A DNA stretch of 64,000 nt from Bacteroidales bacterium UBA4788 (GCA_002402965.1 DHGW01000092.1:37382-101381), one strand, 5' to 3'. Shown: positions 26,262 to 40,364, counted from the stretch's first letter. Made by a program: numbers and translations. The notes: generated by a model from the letters alone, not told the origin.

Positions 26262-28302
26262 CTTTTTTCTGATTATCTGACAATGTCAGGGTGAGTTTGA
26301 TTTTAAAAGTTCTCAGCGGCATAGGATAATTGCGGACGCTCTCAGTGGCAGTGCCGAAGATGTTGCTGGCTTCAAACTCCGTTCTCAATCTGACAGCTCC
26401 TGCTTGAAGATCAGCTCCGGCGGAGAGGTCAGCAAGGAATTCCTGGGGCAGCCATTCACTGTTATCGGATGTGGTATACCGTCTGCTTTCCCATGATACT
26501 GAAAGGCCTGTTCTGAACCATTTCCGGGTAGCGCTGAGGTTCAGGTTTGCATGATTGAGCGGTGCATAGATCAGCTGTCTGCCAACTGCATTGTCGTTGG
26601 CAACGGCATTCGATTCAGCGATAACCGATCGTGTATATGCGTAATTGAGTATGCCGCGCAGGTTCCAGTTGCGGATAAGCAGCTCAGTTCCGGCCCTGGC
26701 TTCCGCACCGGTTACATTCACATCCCTGACGTTCTCAGCATTCCATAACCCGGACGCTCCGGGCATCCACTGGATGAGATTGCTTACTGCCGATGCGTGG
26801 AGGGTAAGGTCCAGGCTGTTACGTGTACCTGACGGGGTCACCCTGAGGAAAGACCACGAGGTCTCTCCCCCAGCAGCGCTCTCCGGCATCAGGTCGGGAT
26901 TGCCGCCGGGGACCCAGTAAAGATCATTGAGGCAGGGGAGTTTGGTATTACGGCTCACACTCGCCTTGAGAAGATGTTCTCCGTTGTGTGAGAGCATCCA
27001 TGATGCTCCGGCAGTGAACTCCGGCGTCACCCTGATACCGGTTACGGCAGTCTGCCGTACCTGTAACAGCATGTTCAGCCTTGGCAGGGGATTCGATCTG
27101 CCTGCAACAGATAGCGAGAAGGTGTTTCTCTCTTCCTCTCCTTCGTAGCTGAGAGTACGTGCTTTCTCAAAAACATCGCCTGCCCGGATCTCCAGCGTGG
27201 TCTTACCTGAGAGTCGGTATCCCAGCCTTGCACTGATCATTGCGGTGGATGAGCTGTTGTCACCGTTGTTCGAAGGAACCTCGTGAAAATACCTGTTCAC
27301 ATCATATGATCCTCCGGTGGTGACATCAGCGGTGAGCTTCCGGTGACCAGATGAATACTTCATTACTCCCCTGAACGACTTGTCAGTCTGTCTCTCGCCG
27401 AAGTTCTGCTGAACAGTCGTCACCGGTCCCGGGAGTTCGCGGTCTGAGTCGTTGTACCAGAGGTGAAGACTTAGCTGAGAATCTTTCATGCGGTACGCCA
27501 TGTCACTCATGATGCCACCGGTGGAGAAAGCAGAGTTACTCCTCCTTTCATTCACCGGACCGCCGGGGGCGTCCCTGTTTTCGAAACGAAAATCATTGTG
27601 TGCCCTGCCTTGCCATGCTCCCAGCCTGGCATATGTGCGTTCCCCGCCGAATGCTACGGAGGCCGTCGAGGCATACTCGTTATAGCTCCCGGCACTCAGG
27701 CTTACGGAAGCCTCCTTACCCGTACCAAACAGCGGATCATTGTCAAGTTCAACCTTGCCGCCGATATAGCCGGTAAGATCGTCAAGATCAGAGCCCCCTG
27801 AAGTTATACGCACGGATGTTGAAGCCATCATCGGAATGATGGCGAAGTCGCTGTAACCGTTTCCGGGAGTATTGATTGTCAGTCCGTTCCATGTCACCAG
27901 CGTATGGCTGCCTGACATCCCTCTGACGGATACAGATGCCAGCCCGTGATTCCCGTAGCGTTTGACGTAAAGCAGGCTGGCCGTCTGCAGCAGGGTAGCG
28001 AGGTCGTCTCCCTCATGGAACGAGACAATATCCGGTTCAATCCTGACAACCGTGAAGGGTGAGAGGCGTGCAGCAGCCCGTGCCGTGACGGTGACGGCAG
28101 AAATGTTTATGGTGTCTTCAATAAAGCTGTCCTGAGCCGGGCTGCGGGCCGGGAGGATCAAAAAGAACAGCATGACAACCGCTGAAAGCGGCAGGCGGCT
28201 CAATGACGCACGGATAATATGGGCAGATGACCTTACAATCATTACTTTTATTCCCGAAAGCTCCTTGTTACAGGATACGTTCTGGCAGGTCTTCTGACTC
28301 AT
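26245..28302 (-). CDS. btuB: TonB-dependent outer-membrane receptor (BtuB-like)
   Basis: The plug domain includes LLYVKRYGNHGLASVSVRGMSGSHTLVTWNGLTIN, followed by a beta-barrel with a C-terminal aromatic residue. It lies directly downstream of a cobalamin riboswitch. An alternative start is MIVRSS at 28242. Confidence 0.88.
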   Translation of the reverse strand: MSQKTCQNVSCNKELSGIKVMIVRSSAHIIRASLSRLPLSAVVMLFFLILPARSPAQDSFIEDTINISAVTVTARAAARLSPFTVVRIEPDIVSFHEGDDLATLLQTASLLYVKRYGNHGLASVSVRGMSGSHTLVTWNGLTINTPGNGYSDFAIIPMMASTSVRITSGGSDLDDLTGYIGGKVELDNDPLFGTGKEASVSLSAGSYNEYASTASVAFGGERTYARLGAWQGRAHNDFRFENRDAPGGPVNERRSNSAFSTGGIMSDMAYRMKDSQLSLHLWYNDSDRELPGPVTTVQQNFGERQTDKSFRGVMKYSSGHRKLTADVTTGGSYDVNRYFHEVPSNNGDNSSSTAMISARLGYRLSGKTTLEIRAGDVFEKARTLSYEGEEERNTFSLSVAGRSNPLPRLNMLLQVRQTAVTGIRVTPEFTAGASWMLSHNGEHLLKASVSRNTKLPCLNDLYWVPGGNPDLMPESAAGGETSWSFLRVTPSGTRNSLDLTLHASAVSNLIQWMPGASGLWNAENVRDVNVTGAEARAGTELLIRNWNLRGILNYAYTRSVIAESNAVANDNAVGRQLIYAPLNHANLNLSATRKWFRTGLSVSWESRRYTTSDNSEWLPQEFLADLSAGADLQAGAVRLRTEFEASNIFGTATESVRNYPMPLRTFKIKLTLTLSDNQKKDEKPY

Positions 28303-28308
28303 CCCTAC

Positions 28309-28470
28309 TCGCCGGGCCTTCCCGTCCGCCAGATGGCGAACAGTGGCGGGAATTCCGGCTGTAATGAACCGCCTTTTGGCGGAACGGGCTTCACAGCAGC
28401 GGGTACTGTCCCTGATTCTGACAGGGTTCCCTTTTCACTGCCGGAGAAAACCGGCAGCACCAGAATGAGA
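28309..28470 (-). promoter_or_regulatory. cobalamin (B12) riboswitch
   Basis: The minus strand reads ...CTGGTGCTGCCGG..CCGGCAGTGAAAAGGGAACCCTGTCAGAATCAGGGACAGTACCCGCTGCTGTGAAGCCCG...AGCCGGAATTCCCGCCACTG...GGGAAGGCCCGGCGAG. It contains the conserved GGTGC, AAAAGGGAA and CCCGC..CTGT elements and the B12-box core GCCACTG (28341-28347). Boundaries are approximate. Confidence 0.8.
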
Positions 28471-28534
28471 CAAAGGTAATGATAAGGAGCGTCACTCCTC
28501 AATGATAATTATTAACAAATGGTTGCCAGGCTGT

Positions 28535-30727
28535 TTATTTCATCACGAACCGGAGCTCCCCTCCGGCCATAATCTCCTCATAGGTGATGTAGTTACGTCC
28601 TGGCTTCTCACCGTTGAGAAATAGTTCGGAAACATTCTTTTTGTAAGGTGAATTGCCTTCTGCAACAATCCTGAAGGTTTTTCCCCCGGGAAGCGAAAGT
28701 GACACTTCGTCCAGGACCGGGCTGCCTGTAATGAACCTGCCGTCAGCCGGATTGACAGGATAGAATCCCATGGCTGAAAAGACGTACCAGGCTGACATCT
28801 GGCCACAGTCTTCGTTGCCACAGATGCCGTCCCTTGCATCGGTGTACATCTCAGACATGATGCGGCGGACTGTCGATTCTGTCTTTTCCGGAGCACCTGC
28901 CATGGTGAAAAGGTAGGCGATATGGTGTGAAGGCTCATTGCCGTGTGCATACTGGCCTATGAGGCCGCTGATGTCGGGAGAGGCGTTTTCACCCTTTACC
29001 TCCTCTGACACCCTGAACAGCGAATCAAGCCTTTGCAGGAAGACCTCCCTGCTGCCGAAGAGTGATACCAGTCCGTCAACATCATGCGGTGCCAGCCATG
29101 AGTACTGCCACCCGTTCCCCTCGGTGAAATCCGAACGGGTATGGTGCGAATAGAGCGGGTCAAAGCCGGGGCGCCAGCTGCCGTCACTCATCCTGCCCCT
29201 CACGAAGAATATTGTGGTATCAAAAATGTTACGGTAGTTACGTGACCGTGCAAGAAATTGTTCAGCAAGCTCCGTCCTGCCCATATCGGAAGCCATCTGT
29301 GAGATGCACCAGTCATCGATTGAATACTCCATTGTCTTTGCCGCTGATTCATTCTCGAGCTCTGAAGGGATGTAACCATAATTGCGGTAATGATCCAGTC
29401 CCCTGAAATCGAGTGAAGCCGAATGGACTGCAGCCTCAAGTGCCGACTCGTAGTCAAATCCCGAGAATTTTTTGTGCATTGCATCGGCTATCACCGGTAC
29501 CGCATGGTAACCAATCATACAGTTGGTCTCGTTGCCGGCAAGAGACCAGACTGGCAGCTTCCCCTGCTGTTCCTTTATGGCAAGCATAGTGTTGATAAAA
29601 TCAGGTACCAGCTCAGGAACCGTGATTGTAAAAAGCGGATGGGCAGCACGGTAGGTGTCCCACAGTGAAAAGACGGTATAATTGGTAAAATCCCCGGCGG
29701 CATGAATTTTCCTGTCAGTGCCCCTGTACCTTCCGTCAGAATCACTGTAAAGATTGGGAGCAATCATTGTATGATATAGTGCCGTGTAGAAGACCCTGAG
29801 AAGAGAACTGTCTCGGGACTCAGCCCTGATCACTTCCAGACGCTTCTGCCACGCCTGGCGGGCCGAGGCGGCGACGCTTCCGAGGTCCCAACCCGGCATC
29901 TCTGAAGCCAGGTTGCCCTTCGCTCCAGCCTCATCCACCGCGGATATCCCGGTGCGCACGATAAGCTCCTCTCCCTTTTTAATATCAAATGAGAGAATAC
30001 ATGCAATGTTACGGCCTTCCGCTTCAGCAGTCCCGGTAACTGCTCCTGCTTTTACCATGGTTACTGACGCTGGTTCTGAGGAGAACTCCGAGAAGAAATG
30101 GACATACTGTTCCTCAGCCCATCCTGATGAGATGCGGCTGCCTGAAAGCGCCTTTCCGTCCCACGATAGCCGGCAGTCGACCGGCCTGTCCCAGTTGACG
30201 GCAAAGCCAAGGTCAATAAGAACATGCATGGTACCGTCAGTGACGGCGGTATATCTCTGAATGCCGCAGCGGGGCGTGGTTGAAAGCTCGACATTCACAC
30301 CGTTGGCAAGAGCCACGGCATAATAACCCGGCCGGGCCTGTTCTGCCTCATGTGAAAAGAGAGTCCTGTTGAGTTTTGCCAGTGAAGCGGTGCTGTCAGG
30401 CAGTGAAATGCTAAATTCACTCATCGATGGCAGAAAGAGAATGTCACACAGGTCACCGATACCTGTCCCGCTCAGGTGCGTGTGACTGAATCCGGCTATG
30501 AGGGAGTCGGAGTAGTTGTATCCTGAACACCAGTCCCATCCGGAGGTGCCGTTATCGGGACTGAGCTGCACCATCCCGAACGATGTTGTGGCTCCGGGAA
30601 AAACATGGCCATGGGCAGCAGTGCCGATGAAAGGATCAACAAAAACGGTGAGGTCGCCGTGTGAAGGGGCGGTGCATGACGCCACGGTCAGCATCGCTGC
30701 CGCAATAAACAGTAATACACTTTTCAT
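28535..30727 (-). CDS. GH92-family alpha-mannosidase lipoprotein
   Basis: 730 aa with lipobox TVASC. FVDPFIGTAAHGHVFPGATTSFGMVQLSPDN and GNEPSHHIAYLF are hallmark GH92 motifs. Confidence 0.9.
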   Translation of the reverse strand: MKSVLLFIAAAMLTVASCTAPSHGDLTVFVDPFIGTAAHGHVFPGATTSFGMVQLSPDNGTSGWDWCSGYNYSDSLIAGFSHTHLSGTGIGDLCDILFLPSMSEFSISLPDSTASLAKLNRTLFSHEAEQARPGYYAVALANGVNVELSTTPRCGIQRYTAVTDGTMHVLIDLGFAVNWDRPVDCRLSWDGKALSGSRISSGWAEEQYVHFFSEFSSEPASVTMVKAGAVTGTAEAEGRNIACILSFDIKKGEELIVRTGISAVDEAGAKGNLASEMPGWDLGSVAASARQAWQKRLEVIRAESRDSSLLRVFYTALYHTMIAPNLYSDSDGRYRGTDRKIHAAGDFTNYTVFSLWDTYRAAHPLFTITVPELVPDFINTMLAIKEQQGKLPVWSLAGNETNCMIGYHAVPVIADAMHKKFSGFDYESALEAAVHSASLDFRGLDHYRNYGYIPSELENESAAKTMEYSIDDWCISQMASDMGRTELAEQFLARSRNYRNIFDTTIFFVRGRMSDGSWRPGFDPLYSHHTRSDFTEGNGWQYSWLAPHDVDGLVSLFGSREVFLQRLDSLFRVSEEVKGENASPDISGLIGQYAHGNEPSHHIAYLFTMAGAPEKTESTVRRIMSEMYTDARDGICGNEDCGQMSAWYVFSAMGFYPVNPADGRFITGSPVLDEVSLSLPGGKTFRIVAEGNSPYKKNVSELFLNGEKPGRNYITYEEIMAGGELRFVMK

Positions 30728-30733
30728 AAATGA

Positions 30734-33355
30734 TTATTCTTTGATTTTTTTCAATATCTTCTGACCCGTCCCAATCCGGTATCCCTCTGAAGAGAAGAGG
30801 ACCTCTCCGGCACTGTTGCAGCACAGTACAACGGGCATAGGTCTCGCCTGAGAACCGGTGCCGGGAAGTGACCGCAACAACTCCAGCCCGGGATCAGTGG
30901 CAAAGATCGAATTCCCGGGAGTGCCGCCGACCGACTCCGGGGTGAAACCTTCCGGGGTCCTGTCAGGATCTGTAAGGAACACGAACCATCCTCCCCATGC
31001 GTCAAACTCCTCCTTCAGTACGGGCAGGTCGTTGAGCAGGTGTCGCGTAGGCTCACTGCCAGGCTCAATCCACACCAGGACCAGCCCTTTCCCGGAAAGA
31101 GAGCTGAGGCTGACTTTTTCGTCGCTGAGCAACTGTACTGTAGGCTCAAGGCTTATTTTCACACCTGTAAGAGTACTCTCAGGAAGGTCACGGAGGATGA
31201 CTTTCACCTCGAGTTCCTCACCCGGCTTCAGATCAAGGAATGAAACTGAGGCCATAACGTTTCCGTTCTCATCCCTGTCACCAGTGGTGAGCATGTATAG
31301 ACCGGGATCAAGCGGGATCCGCCCGGGAAGGTCGCTTATCCTGACACCGTAGCCGTAATCGAGAGTACTGAACCTTCCGTTTTCTACCCGTGCAAGAGTA
31401 AAATGAACGTGATATTCAGGTTCCAAACGCTTCCCGTCTTCATTGCCATCCATAAAGGTAACGTAAGCGGGAGTCCCGGATGGTTTTACTTCTCCCGTGA
31501 ACCACACATCGTGCCACTCGCCTTCAACGTGATACTGTGGTCTTCCTGTTCCCGGTGCCAGCCTTGCAGGGATGCCGGCGCCTCTGCAGAGAGCCACGAA
31601 AAAGATATCCCTGGAATGGCTGTCTGCCATGCGAAGCCTCAGCACAGCCCCGGGGATCAGGGGTACTGAATAGTGGTTTTCAGTTTCCGTTACAGCTATG
31701 GTGGTGTCAGTCCACCGGACGGCGGCCCCGGGATCTGTCCTGAACGACTCCATCAGATCGGCGGGGAGAGCTGCAAGGACACTTCTGAAGGGCGACAGCA
31801 ACTCGTTCGATATCCTCGGCGACAGTACATATCGGTCATACAGTGCTGTATCGGTCCCGGGAGCCTGAACAGGTGCATTGACCAGATGATCTGCAAGGAC
31901 CTCTGCCGGTGTGTCACGCAGGTCTTTTTCAGAGATGTTATCAAGGATGCGAAGCGCCAGCGCGGACTTTTCTCCGGCTCCCCGGATAAACCCGGTTATG
32001 GCCCTGTAGTTGCCCATGGACGATTTCATAATTCTTCCGACGGCTTCAGCAGGAAGTCCGGCCTCGCGGGCAATATCCTCAGCGCTGACATCTGCCATCC
32101 AGGTGCTTATATAGGCTTTTCGTATGCTGTCTCCCTTCTTCAGGAGCAGGTTGTTCATCTGCACCAGGCCGGGATCCGGGCCCGGGAAGGGCTCAGGAAC
32201 AACAGGTGCCTGCAGATCGGCCTCAACTATCCCTGCAGGTGCACCCATTGCAAGTGACACTTCCACCAGAGTGTCAGACGGAGAGGCCAGTGAAAAGCCG
32301 AATCTGTTTCCGTCGTCAGCCCAGATAAGCAGTGTGCCGTATCCTGTCATGAGGGAAGATTCGCCACGGCTGTCGCACTCCAGCCTTGAAAGGGGGTAGA
32401 ACTCCGCATAGTTGTAAAGCATATATTCCACTGAAGCACCCGGTACGGGAACTCCCGTTCCGTCTGTCACCCTTACCTTCAGTACTTTCGTCTCCGCATA
32501 CCTGTCGAGGGTGTTTATTTCAGTGAAAAGGGCTTCTCTCCTGATAACCTTTTCATTTCCCTCATACCTCCCGAATGCCTTGGTGTGGATAAGCATGGCA
32601 CGACGGGCAGGCTCAGTGAACCAGCCTCGGTCAGGCACCGGCTCGGGTTCGCATGCTCCCAGATAATGCCATGAACCGTCAACCCAGAACTCCACCCATG
32701 CATGGTTGTCATCGGTATGAGCCCACCGCGGGGTATAGACCTGCCTGGCAGGTATGCTAACCGCACGCAATGCTGATACGGTGAAGGTAGACTCCTCCCC
32801 GCATCGCCCGCGTGCTGAGAGAATGGTGGCAAGAGGCGACGAGGTACGGGAGTCGGCACCCTGGTATGCGACCTTCTCATGACACCAGCGGTTAACCTCC
32901 AGGGCAGCCTCCATGGCACCCAGTCCCCTGACACGTTCACTTAATTCACCATAACAGAGATTCCTGAAATTGTCTGGATTTTCATTATTGATTCTTGTCG
33001 GCAGTACAAAATTCAGGAATATGCCTGAAGGAATGGCCTCCCCCCAGGGCATCTCTCTCCTGGCACGCAGGGCTGCCGAAACATTTTCAGCCAGGTAACC
33101 CGGTTCACAGACGGCCATGTCACTCAGTGGCATGTATGCCATCAGGAAGGTCACGGCTTCACGCAGCGCCCTGTCACTGATGGTGTCAGCCATGCCAAAC
33201 AGGTCGCTGCGCGTGCCTCCATGGATATCAGACCTTGCACTGTAGTCTCTGACTACTGCTTTTCTCAAAGGTTTGTCATCAATAAGATGACCACTGCTGC
33301 AGGAGAGCAGCACTGCCATGAGCAAAAAAGCCGGCAGCCTGATGATCCATGTCAT
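30734..33355 (-). CDS. multidomain transglutaminase-fold (PNGase-like Cys-His-Asp core) lipoprotein with C-terminal thioredoxin-like domain lacking CxxC
   Basis: 873 aa with lipobox LLSCSS. The core is RGRCGEESTFTVSALRAVSIPARQVYTPRWAHTDDNHAWVEFWVDGSWHYLGACEP. A second degenerate segment reads FFVALCRGAGIPARL. The C-terminal GLVLVWIEPGSEPTRHLLNDLP...VVLCCNSAGEVLF resembles a TlpA fold without a redox cysteine pair. Confidence 0.7.
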   Translation of the reverse strand: MTWIIRLPAFLLMAVLLSCSSGHLIDDKPLRKAVVRDYSARSDIHGGTRSDLFGMADTISDRALREAVTFLMAYMPLSDMAVCEPGYLAENVSAALRARREMPWGEAIPSGIFLNFVLPTRINNENPDNFRNLCYGELSERVRGLGAMEAALEVNRWCHEKVAYQGADSRTSSPLATILSARGRCGEESTFTVSALRAVSIPARQVYTPRWAHTDDNHAWVEFWVDGSWHYLGACEPEPVPDRGWFTEPARRAMLIHTKAFGRYEGNEKVIRREALFTEINTLDRYAETKVLKVRVTDGTGVPVPGASVEYMLYNYAEFYPLSRLECDSRGESSLMTGYGTLLIWADDGNRFGFSLASPSDTLVEVSLAMGAPAGIVEADLQAPVVPEPFPGPDPGLVQMNNLLLKKGDSIRKAYISTWMADVSAEDIAREAGLPAEAVGRIMKSSMGNYRAITGFIRGAGEKSALALRILDNISEKDLRDTPAEVLADHLVNAPVQAPGTDTALYDRYVLSPRISNELLSPFRSVLAALPADLMESFRTDPGAAVRWTDTTIAVTETENHYSVPLIPGAVLRLRMADSHSRDIFFVALCRGAGIPARLAPGTGRPQYHVEGEWHDVWFTGEVKPSGTPAYVTFMDGNEDGKRLEPEYHVHFTLARVENGRFSTLDYGYGVRISDLPGRIPLDPGLYMLTTGDRDENGNVMASVSFLDLKPGEELEVKVILRDLPESTLTGVKISLEPTVQLLSDEKVSLSSLSGKGLVLVWIEPGSEPTRHLLNDLPVLKEEFDAWGGWFVFLTDPDRTPEGFTPESVGGTPGNSIFATDPGLELLRSLPGTGSQARPMPVVLCCNSAGEVLFSSEGYRIGTGQKILKKIKE

Positions 33356-33361
33356 TATTTA

Positions 33362-34402
33362 TTACTTTAGATAAGAGCCACAGCTGCTCCTGACAAGCAG
33401 TTCAGGAGTCATGTTGACCTGGCGCTTATATTTACTCTTGCCCTGGTTCTTGACCTCGGACCAGATGATGTTGGCCACCTTGAGTGACATGGCCGCGAGG
33501 GGCCTGCGCAGCCTGGTGACCGGTGTGGTCAGCAGATCAAAACCTATGCCGTCTTCCATTGATACCAGCGCCACATCCTGAGGGATACGTATGTTCTTTG
33601 CCTGAAGTGCGAGGTACAGAGGGAAGACAAGCGGTGAATTGAGCACGATGATTGCATCACTCCTGTGCGGCGGCCTGAGAAAATTCTCAATCGCGGCAAA
33701 ATCAAACTTCTCCCCTGCCTTGGGAAGACCGGCTACGGTGAAGTGTACCGAGTCGAAGTTTTTAGATTTCTTTGTCGAATTTCTGAGCTCCTCAAGCATC
33801 TCCTTATCATAGGAAGCTGTATCCTCGCCTGAAATTACCAGAAGGTTTTTCAGTCCCAGCGAGGTAAGATGCTGTGTCATGACAGCAGCGCCGGCTGTCC
33901 TGTCGGAACAGACGGTGTTCAGCCTCATTCTCTTAATACTCTTTTCCAGCAGGACAAGCGGGTATGAATCACGGTTCAGGGCCCTTACCATACTGTCATC
34001 GGCAGCGTTGCCAACAAGGATCATCCCACTGAAGAACTTCTTCAGAGAGGTTGTCAGCCTGTTGAAACGCATGTCATCCGGATCCCTGGTAAAGACTGAA
34101 AAGCCAAGACCTATACTTGAGAATGCCTTCTGAAGGTACGGAGTGATCTCGTAGATGAACGGATCATTCATCGAGGGAACCACCATACCGATGATTCCGG
34201 GTTTCTCCTCTGACGGCGCTGCCTCCCTCTTTTCGGCAACAGCATTGAAATACCCCATCTGCTTCGCAACCGCGAGCACCCTCTCCTGTGTCTCTTTCTT
34301 GATTCCGTGCTGATCAGCCTTACTGTTCAGCACTAACGATACTAATGTGCCCGAAAGACCTAGTCTTGCGGCAATGTCTTTGTTCTTAACCTTTTTCCCC
34401 AT
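33362..34402 (-). CDS. LacI-family transcriptional regulator
   Basis: 346 aa. N-terminal HTH KDIAARLGLSGTLVSLVLN followed by a periplasmic-binding-like effector domain. Confidence 0.88.
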   Translation of the reverse strand: MGKKVKNKDIAARLGLSGTLVSLVLNSKADQHGIKKETQERVLAVAKQMGYFNAVAEKREAAPSEEKPGIIGMVVPSMNDPFIYEITPYLQKAFSSIGLGFSVFTRDPDDMRFNRLTTSLKKFFSGMILVGNAADDSMVRALNRDSYPLVLLEKSIKRMRLNTVCSDRTAGAAVMTQHLTSLGLKNLLVISGEDTASYDKEMLEELRNSTKKSKNFDSVHFTVAGLPKAGEKFDFAAIENFLRPPHRSDAIIVLNSPLVFPLYLALQAKNIRIPQDVALVSMEDGIGFDLLTTPVTRLRRPLAAMSLKVANIIWSEVKNQGKSKYKRQVNMTPELLVRSSCGSYLK

Positions 34403-34501
34403 TTCATTTAAAATTAAAACTCAAAATTAGTTTTAATTTTTTAGTAAGCAGAGTTTTTTAGTGCAATAATGTTAAAAATGCTGAAAAGCATTTTTTTCAG
34501 G

Positions 34502-36481
34502 CTATTTTTTAGGCAGGGGCCGGCCGCTCTTTTTGGCTGCCGCTTCCAGCCGCAGCTGCCATTTCGTTTTCTTCACAGGCTTCTTCTTGTTCTCCTCCAT
34601 CTTCCTAAGTATCTCACCTTCATCAACAAAACGGCGAGAGACCTGGGTCTGGATGATTGTGATCACGTTAGCAAGGAAATAGTAATAGGTAAGACCTGCC
34701 GAGAAATTGTTCAGGATGAGCATGAACATAACAGGCATCATATACATCATTGTCTTCATTCCCGGCATCTGCTCCTGACCTCCTGCCGGACTGGTGATCT
34801 TGGTTGAAATGATTGTTGAGGCGGTCATGAGAAGCGTGAACAGGCTGACATGATCACCGTACATCGGAATGGTGAACGGCAGGTTAAATATGCTGTCATA
34901 GGTGGAGAGATCCTTGGCCCAGAGAAATGCCTGCTGCCTCAGCTCTATGGACGTCGGGAAGAAGCGGAACATGGCAAACAGGATTGGCATCTGGAGCAGC
35001 ATGGGCAGGCACCCGCCCATCGGGCTGACCCCCGCCTTCTTGTACAGATCCATTGTAGCCTGCTGTTTCTTCATCGCATCTTCCTGCTTGGGATACTTTT
35101 TAGCGAGTTCGTCGACCATAGGCTTCATCACCCTCATCTTTGCCTGGCTGGTGAACGATTTGTGAGTCAGTGGGAAGAGAACAATCTTTATAATCAGGGT
35201 AAGGATAAGGATTATCAGCCCGTAGCTGACGATGAAGTTATCAAGCAGGTTGAAGATCGGAATGATGACGAACTGGTTGATCCAGCGGATGATATTCCTG
35301 CCCAGGAAAACAAGCTCTTCAAGCTGCATGTCATACTTCTTCATGAGCGTGAAGCTGTTGGGGCCAAAATAGAACTGCATTTTCACGGTGCTTGTGTCAC
35401 CGTAGGTGAACGGTACACCTATTTCCGATTCGAAGAACCTGAGATACCTTGATGTAGGATCGGCATTTGTCGATGAGACTGCGGCATTGATGAAGAAGTC
35501 ATCGGCAATGATCACTGATGAGAAGAACTGATCCTTGAAAGCAATCCAGTCTGTCTTCATCAGGCTCTCTGACACCACATCCTTCTTCTGCCTCTGCATC
35601 CTGGTTCCTCCGAGGTCTTCAACACCCTCCTGGTAGACCTTGTACTTCAACCCGGCATACATGTCTTCATTCTGCCTGCCCTTCTCCTGTTGCGGGATAT
35701 ACATCCTCCAGTCAAGTGCGAGCGAAGTGGTGTTTGCCGGGATCACTGAGGCAAGCGAGCTGAACCGTGACTCAAAAGTGATCATGTAATCGTCAGGAAG
35801 AATCGTATATATGTAATCTATATATGCTCCGCCGGCAGCCTCAAGCCTCATCGTCAGGCTTGCCGGACCTCCGCTGGCAAGAATTGGCCCGGTGTAACCA
35901 ACAGGGGTGAAATAGAGCTCATCTGTTCTGACAGGTTTGTTGTCCACAGTAAAGAACTTGTACCCGAACACGGTGGAATCACCATCAAACAGTACGACAG
36001 GACGTCCGTCATGGGTGGTGTATTCCTTCAGCATTACAGAATATATCTTGCCTCCCCTGGCTGACATCTTCATGACCATCAGGTCGTTTTCAAGGGTATA
36101 GAACTCCTCCTCCCCGGTGACCCTTGCAGTGAAGACTCCATAGGCATTGCTGTCAGCTGCAACAGCAGGACGTGATGCCGGAGATGCCGTCAGACTGTCT
36201 GAAGGTACCGTCACGGTTGCCGGCTGGGGAGCCACGGTTCCAAGGCCGAGCTTGCTGTTCAGATCAATGACCTTATCTTTTGTGGCCTGGTCCTTGGGCC
36301 TGTAGTTGAGTGCCCTGATATATGCCTCGCGGGCTTCGTCATAATTGCCTGTTGCATAGAGAGAGTCGGCAAATTCTGTTTCAGCCTCGAAAAATTTTCC
36401 GGTCCTGTTATTATTGTAAAGACTGAATCCGAGAAAGATCAGAAAAATCAGAATAATGCCTGTTACTGTATTCCTATCCAT
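34502..36481 (-). CDS. yidC: membrane protein insertase YidC (long Bacteroidota form)
   Basis: 659 aa with an N-terminal TM, a large periplasmic domain and a C-terminal 60-kDa-IMP core containing GCLPMLLQMPILFAMFRFF. Confidence 0.93.
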   Translation of the reverse strand: MDRNTVTGIILIFLIFLGFSLYNNNRTGKFFEAETEFADSLYATGNYDEAREAYIRALNYRPKDQATKDKVIDLNSKLGLGTVAPQPATVTVPSDSLTASPASRPAVAADSNAYGVFTARVTGEEEFYTLENDLMVMKMSARGGKIYSVMLKEYTTHDGRPVVLFDGDSTVFGYKFFTVDNKPVRTDELYFTPVGYTGPILASGGPASLTMRLEAAGGAYIDYIYTILPDDYMITFESRFSSLASVIPANTTSLALDWRMYIPQQEKGRQNEDMYAGLKYKVYQEGVEDLGGTRMQRQKKDVVSESLMKTDWIAFKDQFFSSVIIADDFFINAAVSSTNADPTSRYLRFFESEIGVPFTYGDTSTVKMQFYFGPNSFTLMKKYDMQLEELVFLGRNIIRWINQFVIIPIFNLLDNFIVSYGLIILILTLIIKIVLFPLTHKSFTSQAKMRVMKPMVDELAKKYPKQEDAMKKQQATMDLYKKAGVSPMGGCLPMLLQMPILFAMFRFFPTSIELRQQAFLWAKDLSTYDSIFNLPFTIPMYGDHVSLFTLLMTASTIISTKITSPAGGQEQMPGMKTMMYMMPVMFMLILNNFSAGLTYYYFLANVITIIQTQVSRRFVDEGEILRKMEENKKKPVKKTKWQLRLEAAAKKSGRPLPKK

Positions 36482-36499
36482 TTGTGTATATTCCCCTTT

Positions 36500-40364
<3,865 letters not shown>

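Noticed and set aside
28305-28502. 65-aa ORF upstream of the TonB-dependent receptor
   Set aside because: It lies entirely within the sequence that folds as a cobalamin riboswitch (B12 box GCCACTG and the GGTGC/AAAAGGGAA elements). It has no protein-like features and is treated as non-coding.
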